A stretch of DNA of 64,000 bases from Oscillospiraceae bacterium (lineage in GTDB: Bacteria > Bacillota > Clostridia > Saccharofermentanales > Saccharofermentanaceae). The stretch is from positions 1-64,000 of the forward strand of contig CADAKH010000002.1 in the NCBI GenBank assembly GCA_902788505.1, written 5' to 3'. A program made the position numbers and the translations under genes. The notes below the pieces were generated by a model. That model did no database searches. It saw only the letters and a list, made by a program, of their open reading frames with translations, and was not told where the DNA came from. Position 1 is the stretch's first letter. The number at the start of each line of letters is the position of its first letter. Shown here in pieces: positions 57,329-64,000 of this stretch.

Positions 57329-58789
57329 ATGGAAGCAGATCAAACAAGAAGCAAGGTCCTTACAGGTTTTTTATGGAGACTATTTGAACGTTTTGGCGCC
57401 AGAGGAGTTGAACTGATTGTCGCTCTGGTATTGGCGAATGTATTGGATCCTGACCTCTTCGGGTCAATTGCGCTGGTGCTTGTAGTCATAACCATAATGC
57501 AGGTCTTTGTTGACAGTGGATTGGGCAATGCGTTAATACAAAAGAAGGACGCCGATAATAAAGACTTTTCAACGGTATTCTTTTTCAACATTGTATTCTG
57601 TGCGATCCTTTACACGATACTGTTTGTGGCATCGCCGTTTTTTGCAGCTTTTTATGACGATCCGTCACTAACGCCCATCATAAGGGTATTGGGTCTTACG
57701 GTAGTTTTTTCCGGTATTAAGAATGTACAGCTGGCTTATGTTTCAAGGAATCTGCAGTTCAAGAGATTCTTTTTTTCAACGCTCGGCGGAACGATCGTTG
57801 CTGCCATCGCAGGATTAGTTCTTGCATTCAAAGGCTTTGGCATGTGGGCGCTGGTAATACAGTCGGTTTCAAATACTGCGATCGATACGATCATCCTGTG
57901 GATTACCGTAAAATGGAAACCCGAGTTTTATTTCTCATTCAAAAGACTCAAGGTATTATTTGCTTACGGGTGGAAACTTTTGGTGTCGCAGCTTCTTGAT
58001 ACAGGCTATGAGCAGCTCCGCTCACTGATCATAGGAAAGATGTACACAAAAGCTGATCTTGCTTTTTATGACAGAGCAAACCAGTTTCCTAGCTTTCTTA
58101 CAACGAACATTAACACTTCCATTGATACGGTTTTGTTTCCGGCTATGTCAGGCGTTCAGGATGACACCGCACGTGTTAAGAGCATGACCAGAAGAGCTAT
58201 GAAGACCAGTGTCTTCATTATGGCTCCGATGATGGCAGGCCTTGCCGCATGTTCGACACAGATCGTTTCATTGATACTGCCGGATGTCTGGGCACCCGTT
58301 GTTCCTTATATGATCATCCTGTGCATCTCATATACATTCTATCCGCTTCACACAGCAAATCTGAATGCGATCAAAGCGCTCGGAAGAAGTGATATGTTCC
58401 TGAAACTTGAGATCATAAAGAAGGTAGTTGGTCTTTCGCTTCTCCTGATCTCAATGTGGCACGGCGTAATGGCTATTGCTTTGTCTATGCTTGCGAACAG
58501 TTTCATTTGCCAGGTAATAAACACATGGCCGAACAAAAAGCTTATCAATTACGGATACATTGAGCAGCTTAAGGATATAATTCCGACAATACTGCTGGCA
58601 TGGGGCATGGGTGCTGTGGTTTTTTGTGTAAGATTTCTCGGATTAAGCGATTTGATCACGCTTGTGATCCAGATCCCTCTTGGTGTTGCAATATATACTC
58701 TTTTCTCAAAACTGTTCAGGATGGAAAGTTTCGACTATCTGTTGGACACGATTAAGAGTATTATTGGTAAGAAGGAGAAGAATGCATGA
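57329..58789 (+). CDS. wzx: Wzx-type oligosaccharide flippase (MOP superfamily)
   Basis: 12-14 TM helices with an N-terminus typical of polysaccharide biosynthesis flippases. Confidence 0.7.
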   Translation: MEADQTRSKVLTGFLWRLFERFGARGVELIVALVLANVLDPDLFGSIALVLVVITIMQVFVDSGLGNALIQKKDADNKDFSTVFFFNIVFCAILYTILFVASPFFAAFYDDPSLTPIIRVLGLTVVFSGIKNVQLAYVSRNLQFKRFFFSTLGGTIVAAIAGLVLAFKGFGMWALVIQSVSNTAIDTIILWITVKWKPEFYFSFKRLKVLFAYGWKLLVSQLLDTGYEQLRSLIIGKMYTKADLAFYDRANQFPSFLTTNINTSIDTVLFPAMSGVQDDTARVKSMTRRAMKTSVFIMAPMMAGLAACSTQIVSLILPDVWAPVVPYMIILCISYTFYPLHTANLNAIKALGRSDMFLKLEIIKKVVGLSLLLISMWHGVMAIALSMLANSFICQVINTWPNKKLINYGYIEQLKDIIPTILLAWGMGAVVFCVRFLGLSDLITLVIQIPLGVAIYTLFSKLFRMESFDYLLDTIKSIIGKKEKNA

Positions 58790-60078
58790 GAAAGCAGAAA
58801 GTTCTTGTTTTCCCTGCGGGGACAGAAATCGCATTTGAGATACACAATGCACTGAAATTTTCGAAGTTTGTTGAGCTTTACGGCTGCAGCAGTGTATCTT
58901 GTCATGCTGAATTCCTTTTCAAGAACTACATTGAGGGTGTGCCTTATCCGAACGATCCCGGATTTGCTGATGCGATTAATAAGATCGTCGATGAATACGG
59001 CATCGATTTCATTTATCCGGCTCACGACAGTGCATGTCTTGCACTTACGCAGCTGCAGGACAGCGGCAAGCTTCACTGCAAGGTGGTTACATCACCGCTT
59101 GAGACCGTCGATACATGCCGCTCGAAAACAAAGACTTATGAATTCTTCAAAGGCGAGGAATTTATCCCCAAGACTTTTGCATCCGCTGATGATATCGAAA
59201 GTTATCCGGTATTCTGCAAACCTGCTGTAGGTCAGGGTGCCGAAGGTGCGATGAAAGTAAATGACAGGGAAGAGCTAGATAAACTCCTGTCCGGTGATGA
59301 GCAGTATGTTATCTGCGAATATCTGCCGGGTGATGAATATACAGTTGACTGTTTTACCGACAGGAACGGAGAACTCAGATCTTCGATAATCAGAAGAAGA
59401 GAACGTATCAGATCCGGAATCGCAGTAAGGAGCAGGATCATTCCGATGGAAGATCAGGTAAAAGCGATTGCCGGAAAGATCAATTCGAAGATGAAGTTTA
59501 ACGGCGCATGGTTCTTCCAGCTTAAGAGAAATAATTCCGGCGATTACCGTTTGCTCGAGATATCTCCCAGAATTCCCGGAACCATGGGAACGACCAGAAA
59601 TCTCGGAATTAATTACCCGATGCTTACTATTTTTGACCTGCTCGGTTTTGATGTCGGAATAATCAATAACGGCCAGGATATACTTCTGGATCGTGCATTC
59701 ATCAGCCGCTATCAGACAAGCGTTAAGTACAATACCGTTTACATGGATTTTGATGATACACTTTATCTTGATGATAAAGTGAATGTAACCATGATAGCTT
59801 TTGTATATCAGTGCTTCAACAAAGGTATCCCGGTGGTGCTTTTGACAAAACATGCAAAGGATATCTACGATTCCCTGGATAAGTTCAGGATCTCGAAGGA
59901 CCTTTTCTCAGAGATCATTCATATCCAAAAGGATCACGACAAGAGTGAATACATAACTGCAAAGGATGCGATCTTCGTTGATGACTCTTTTGCGGAACGG
60001 AAGAATATACACGATAAGCTCGGCATTCCGGTCTATGACCTGGATATGATCGAAAGCCTTATTGATTGGAGAATGTAA
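58786..60078 (+). CDS. ATP-grasp ligase domain fused to a C-terminal HAD-like phosphatase domain
   Basis: The ATP-grasp central domain (PVFCKPAVGQGAEGAMKV...YVICEYLPGDEYTVDCF) is followed by a HAD motif I (VYMDFDDTLYLDD) and a C-terminal FVDD. Confidence 0.55.
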   Translation: MRKQKVLVFPAGTEIAFEIHNALKFSKFVELYGCSSVSCHAEFLFKNYIEGVPYPNDPGFADAINKIVDEYGIDFIYPAHDSACLALTQLQDSGKLHCKVVTSPLETVDTCRSKTKTYEFFKGEEFIPKTFASADDIESYPVFCKPAVGQGAEGAMKVNDREELDKLLSGDEQYVICEYLPGDEYTVDCFTDRNGELRSSIIRRRERIRSGIAVRSRIIPMEDQVKAIAGKINSKMKFNGAWFFQLKRNNSGDYRLLEISPRIPGTMGTTRNLGINYPMLTIFDLLGFDVGIINNGQDILLDRAFISRYQTSVKYNTVYMDFDDTLYLDDKVNVTMIAFVYQCFNKGIPVVLLTKHAKDIYDSLDKFRISKDLFSEIIHIQKDHDKSEYITAKDAIFVDDSFAERKNIHDKLGIPVYDLDMIESLIDWRM

Positions 60079-60079
60079 T

Positions 60080-61195
60080 ATGGATCAGATACAGGTAACA
60101 AGATCTTCGATGCCTGATATTGAAGAATATACCAATGAGATAAGAGATCTTTGGGATTCTCACTGGCTGACCAACATGGGTACAAAGCATATGCAGTTCC
60201 AGAGCGAGCTCGAGTCATTGCTCGGAGTTGAGCATGTTGCCCTGTACTGTAACGGTCACCTTGCTTTGGAGAATATCCTTGAAGCGATCAAGCTTCCTGC
60301 AGGCGGTGAGATAATCACTTCCCCCTTTACTTTCGCATCTACTACACATGCGATCATCAGATGCGGTTTTAAACCTGTATTCTGTGATATCGATCCTGAA
60401 ACCTATACTATTGATGTCAATAAGATAGAGGCTCTCATAACAGACAGGACGGTAGCTGTTGTTCCTGTTCATGTATATGGCAACATCTGTGATGTTGAGA
60501 AGATCGACGAAATAGCAAAAAAGCATAACCTTAAAGTCATCTACGATGCTGCGCATGCATTTGCGGTTACCTACAAGGGCAAGAGTTCGGCGGTGTTCGG
60601 TGATGCTTCCATGTTCAGTTTCCATGCAACCAAGGTATTCAACACTATTGAGGGCGGAGCTGTATGTTATCACGACGATTCGCTCGAACAGCGTCTGAAG
60701 GACCTTAAGAATTTCGGTATTCACAGTGCTGAAGAAGTTGCATATGTCGGCGGTAATGCCAAGATGAATGAATTCTGTGCCGCTATGGGTATCTGCAACC
60801 TGAGACATCTGGATGAAGAGATAAAGAAGCGCGGTGCCGTTGTTGCCAAATACAGGGAACTGCTCAGTGGTATTAAAGGTATCCGTTTATGCAGGGAGCA
60901 GGAAGATGTTGTTCCCAACTATGCTTATTTCCCTGTAGTTTTTGACAGGGAAGAGTTCGGAGCTGACAGGGATGAGGTTTTCCATAAGCTCGAAGAGAAC
61001 GGCATCTGTGCCAGAAAATATTTCTATCCGATAACAACTGCTTTTGATTGCTACAAGGGAAGATTTGACCCTAACGATACACCTGTAGCTCTTGATATAT
61101 CACTTCGCGTATTAACATTGCCGCTTTATGCGGATCTTGCGCTGGAAGATGTTGAAAGGATCTGCAATATAATCTTAAGCCTGCAAAGGAGGTAA
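60080..61195 (+). CDS. DegT/DnrJ/EryC1/StrS-family PLP-dependent sugar aminotransferase
   Basis: Family signature throughout (DSHWLTNMG...FHATKVFNTIEGG), with the lysine in SFHATK. Confidence 0.8.
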   Translation: MDQIQVTRSSMPDIEEYTNEIRDLWDSHWLTNMGTKHMQFQSELESLLGVEHVALYCNGHLALENILEAIKLPAGGEIITSPFTFASTTHAIIRCGFKPVFCDIDPETYTIDVNKIEALITDRTVAVVPVHVYGNICDVEKIDEIAKKHNLKVIYDAAHAFAVTYKGKSSAVFGDASMFSFHATKVFNTIEGGAVCYHDDSLEQRLKDLKNFGIHSAEEVAYVGGNAKMNEFCAAMGICNLRHLDEEIKKRGAVVAKYRELLSGIKGIRLCREQEDVVPNYAYFPVVFDREEFGADRDEVFHKLEENGICARKYFYPITTAFDCYKGRFDPNDTPVALDISLRVLTLPLYADLALEDVERICNIILSLQRR

Positions 61196-61198
61196 TCC

Positions 61199-62071
61199 AT
61201 GAAAGGCATCATTCTTGCCGGTGGAAAAGGCACGAGACTCTATCCCAACACGATAGCCGTAAGCAAGCAGCTTCTGCCTATTTACGATAAGCCTCTTATC
61301 TATTACCCTCTGTCAGTTTTGCTTCTTGCAGGCATCAGGGAGATCCTTTTGATCTCGACTCCAATGGATATCGGAAATTACGAAAGGCTTCTGGGTGACG
61401 GAAGTCAGATCGGTGTCCGCATAGAGTACAGGATCCAGGAAATACCGAGAGGTCTTGCTGATGCGTTCATCATCGGTGAGGATTTCATAGGAGATGACAG
61501 TGTCTGCCTTGTTTTGGGAGACAATGTTTTCTATGGAAAAGACCTTACGAGGATCCTTCGTGATTCGATAAAGCTTGCCGAGAGTAACGGTGCAGTCATA
61601 TTCGGCTTCCCGGTAAAGGATCCCAGGGAATTCGGTGTAGTTGAATTTGATAAAGACTATAATGCCGTATCGATCGAAGAAAAGCCCAGTGAACCGAAGT
61701 CACACTATGCCGTTCCGGGTCTTTATTTCTACGATAACAGCGTTGTTGAAGTGGCAAAGAACATCAAGCCGTCCGCAAGAGGCGAACTCGAGATCACGGC
61801 AGTAAACAACCACTATCTTGATGCCGGCAAGCTCAAGGTAATGACAATGGGAAGGGGTATTTCCTGGCTTGATACGGGAACACCCAAGGGAATGCAAAAG
61901 GCTGGAAACTTTGTTAAGACGGTTCAGGAAATGCAGGGATTCTATATATCCTGCATAGAGGAAATAGCCTGGAGACGCGGTTTTATCTCTACGGAACAAC
62001 TTGTTTCTCTTGGTGAGAAGTATAAAATGACAGAGTACGGTCAATATATTTTATCTTTGGTGGAAGAATAA
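61199..62071 (+). CDS. rfbA: Glucose-1-phosphate thymidylyltransferase
   Basis: [16 protein letters not shown]...[11 protein letters not shown], typical of RmlA. Confidence 0.9.
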   Translation: MKGIILAGGKGTRLYPNTIAVSKQLLPIYDKPLIYYPLSVLLLAGIREILLISTPMDIGNYERLLGDGSQIGVRIEYRIQEIPRGLADAFIIGEDFIGDDSVCLVLGDNVFYGKDLTRILRDSIKLAESNGAVIFGFPVKDPREFGVVEFDKDYNAVSIEEKPSEPKSHYAVPGLYFYDNSVVEVAKNIKPSARGELEITAVNNHYLDAGKLKVMTMGRGISWLDTGTPKGMQKAGNFVKTVQEMQGFYISCIEEIAWRRGFISTEQLVSLGEKYKMTEYGQYILSLVEE

Positions 62072-62072
62072 T

Positions 62073-63095
62073 ATGGTAATAATTGTAACTGGCGGAGCAG
62101 GTTTTATAGGTTCGAATTTTGTTTTCCATATGTTGGAGAAGTATCCTGATTACAGGATCATCTGTCTTGATAAGCTGACATATGCAGGCAATCTGTCCAC
62201 ATTAAAGAGCGTTATGGACAATCCGAATTTCAGATTTGTTAAGCTCGATATCTGTGACAGGGAAGGCGTTTATAAGCTTTTTGAAGAAGAGCATCCCGAT
62301 ATGGTTGTAAACTTCGCTGCCGAGAGCCATGTTGACAGAAGCATCAAGGATCCCTCCATCTTCCTTCAGACAAACATCATCGGAACATCCGTGCTGATGG
62401 ATGCCTGCAGGAAATACGGCATAAAAAGATATCATCAGGTATCAACAGATGAGGTCTATGGAGATCTTCCTTTGGACCGTCCGGATCTGTTCTTTACCGA
62501 AGAGACACCTATCCATACGAGCTCACCTTACAGCTCTTCCAAGGCCGGTGCCGATCTTCTCGTAATGGCATATCACAGAACATTCGGACTTCCCGTTACG
62601 ATCTCACGCTGCTCAAACAACTACGGTCCTTACCACTTTCCGGAAAAGCTCATCCCTTTGATGATCGCAAACTGCTTAAACGACAAGCCGCTTCCGGTAT
62701 ACGGTGAAGGCCTGAACGTCCGTGACTGGCTCTATGTTGAAGATCACTGCAGAGCGATCGATCTCATCATACACAAGGGTACAGTCGGCGAAGTCTATAA
62801 TGTCGGCGGACATAACGAGATGAGAAATATCGATATCGTTAAACTTATATGCAAGGAGCTCGGCAAGCCCGAGTCACTTATCACATATGTAACCGACCGT
62901 AAGGGCCACGATATGCGTTATGCTATCGATCCTACAAAGATCCATAATGAACTCGGCTGGCTTCCTGAGACAAAGTTTGCTGACGGAATCAAGAAGACGA
63001 TCCAGTGGTATCTCGATAACCGTGAGTGGTGGGAAGAGATAATCAGCGGCGAATACCAGAACTACTACGAGAAGATGTACGGTGGAGAGGTATGA
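62073..63095 (+). CDS. rfbB: dTDP-glucose 4,6-dehydratase
   Basis: TGGAGFIGSNF, the YxxxK motif (YSSSKAG), and an RmlB-type C-terminus. Confidence 0.9.
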   Translation: MVIIVTGGAGFIGSNFVFHMLEKYPDYRIICLDKLTYAGNLSTLKSVMDNPNFRFVKLDICDREGVYKLFEEEHPDMVVNFAAESHVDRSIKDPSIFLQTNIIGTSVLMDACRKYGIKRYHQVSTDEVYGDLPLDRPDLFFTEETPIHTSSPYSSSKAGADLLVMAYHRTFGLPVTISRCSNNYGPYHFPEKLIPLMIANCLNDKPLPVYGEGLNVRDWLYVEDHCRAIDLIIHKGTVGEVYNVGGHNEMRNIDIVKLICKELGKPESLITYVTDRKGHDMRYAIDPTKIHNELGWLPETKFADGIKKTIQWYLDNREWWEEIISGEYQNYYEKMYGGEV

Positions 63096-63853
63096 GCAAT
63101 ACGGCTGTGACGACTGAAATGATACACGACAGGTTGTATCATATGGCCAAGTCCGTAATTGCAGTTCTTGAAAAGCACAGCATACCGTATTCATTAGCCT
63201 ACGGAACGCTTCTTGGTGCAGTAAGACATCAGGGCTTTATTCCGTGGGATGATGACTTTGATCTGTGGCTTTTTAATGATACATACGATGAGGCAATAGA
63301 GTTTTTGAGAACTGAACTGCCTGATGATATGTTTCTTGAAGATGAGAAGTCAGAGCCGAATTATTTTCACGGCTGGGCACACGTTAAAGATCTCAGATCA
63401 AAAGTAACATATGACAGATTCCCGCAGGATTCAAAATACAAACATCACGGTTTGCAGATCGATCTTTTCAGATGCACTTTGCTGAAGGAATCTGATATAT
63501 GGAAGTTCTTTGATGCAGAGAACAGAAAGTATATTGAAAGAAGAAGACGCGCAGGACTGTTCAGCGACGAAGAGTATAACTCCAGATTGGAAAGACTCCG
63601 TCAGGATGAAGAAGAGCATTCTTCTTTTGCAGGTGATCCTGATAAAAACGTCTATGCTTTCGTTGATGAGAGAAAGTATTTGGATGAGACAGGCGTGTTT
63701 CCTCTGGTCCGCTATAAATTCATGGATTCGGAGTTCCTGGGATTTAACGATGCGGACAGATTCCTGACCGCTTTTTACGGTGATTATATGAAGCTCCCTC
63801 CGCTCGAGGAGAGGGTCAGGCTTCAGCATCACAGCACAGTGGAGTTTCTTTGA
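63092..63853 (+). CDS. licD: LicD-family phosphotransferase (candidate phosphonate/phosphocholine transferase onto the glycan)
   Basis: LicD motifs YSLAYGTLLGAVRHQGFIPWDDDFDLWL. The ATG at 63092 overlaps the rfbB stop. Confidence 0.75.
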   Translation: MSNTAVTTEMIHDRLYHMAKSVIAVLEKHSIPYSLAYGTLLGAVRHQGFIPWDDDFDLWLFNDTYDEAIEFLRTELPDDMFLEDEKSEPNYFHGWAHVKDLRSKVTYDRFPQDSKYKHHGLQIDLFRCTLLKESDIWKFFDAENRKYIERRRRAGLFSDEEYNSRLERLRQDEEEHSSFAGDPDKNVYAFVDERKYLDETGVFPLVRYKFMDSEFLGFNDADRFLTAFYGDYMKLPPLEERVRLQHHSTVEFL

Positions 63854-63856
63854 TAT

Positions 63857-64000
63857 ATGGCTGATTTAAGCGTATTGATGTCCGTCTATATAAAAGAGAA
63901 GCCTGAATATGTCGAAGAGTGCTTCCAAAGTCTCTTAAGACAGACAGTACAGGCAAATGAATGGCTTGTCGTGGAAGACGGTCCGCTGACTGAAGAGCTC
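63857..64000 (+). CDS. Family-2 glycosyltransferase; 5' fragment truncated by the window end
   Basis: LSVLMSVYIKEKPEYVEECFQSLLRQT...EDGPLTEEL is a typical GT2 N-terminus. Confidence 0.5.
   Translation, partial: MADLSVLMSVYIKEKPEYVEECFQSLLRQTVQANEWLVVEDGPLTEEL

Noticed and set aside
60215-60808. 197-aa minus-strand ORF antisense to the DegT aminotransferase gene
   Set aside because: Shadow ORF; the sense strand carries the conserved PLP-enzyme signature.
1-64000. tRNA, rRNA, transposase/IS or integrase genes
   Set aside because: Scanning intergenic regions by eye found no T-loop (GGTTCGAATCC-like) containing cloverleaf candidates, no rRNA-like stretches, and no DDE transposase or integrase motifs in any ORF. 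A tRNAscan/Infernal run is still advisable.

Overview
This 64 kb window looks like a chromosomal segment from an anaerobic Firmicutes (Clostridia-type) genome. It is densely coding on both strands, with no rRNA, tRNA, CRISPR array or transposase detectable by eye. All calls below come from reading the sequence and ORF translations; no searches were run.

Main blocks in order:
- 215..2972: an ABC transporter operon (ATPase plus two ABC-2 permeases).
- 3066..4889: a membrane protein with a degenerate GGDEF domain and an EAL domain.
- 5135..9979: an ECF sigma factor and membrane anti-sigma factor, followed by three consecutive zinc-ribbon membrane proteins. The last is an SPFH/band-7 protein with a C-terminal zinc ribbon.
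- 10212..11794: a NapH-like 4Fe-4S membrane protein, an unannotated 45-aa CXXC peptide, and a TlpA-like thioredoxin lipoprotein.
- 11940..17754: a secreted serpin and the pntAA-pntAB-pntB transhydrogenase operon.
- 27396..31358: a TagF-like glycerophosphotransferase next to an unusual 873-aa ORF that fuses a YidC/Oxa1 insertase-like domain to an LtaS-like 5TM plus sulfatase module.
- 31530..32744: a single ORF joining a flavin reductase domain, a rubredoxin domain and a complete rubrerythrin.
- 33057..35417: a REC-GGDEF-REC-HD-GYP protein.
- 51017..51676: ribU under an FMN riboswitch.
- 51967 to window end: the most distinctive region, a co-directional locus for a 2-aminoethylphosphonate-decorated glycan. 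It encodes PEP mutase with an N-terminal HxGH cytidylyltransferase domain, phosphonopyruvate decarboxylase, AEP transaminase, an HTH-LicC nucleotidyltransferase, LicD, Wzx, glycosyltransferases, an ATP-grasp-HAD fusion, DegT and RmlAB.

A small AT-rich islet at 49.7..51.0 kb carries one hypothetical gene. Patchy repeated flanks border it, and four 10-bp-phased CGACAAA repeats sit upstream of it.
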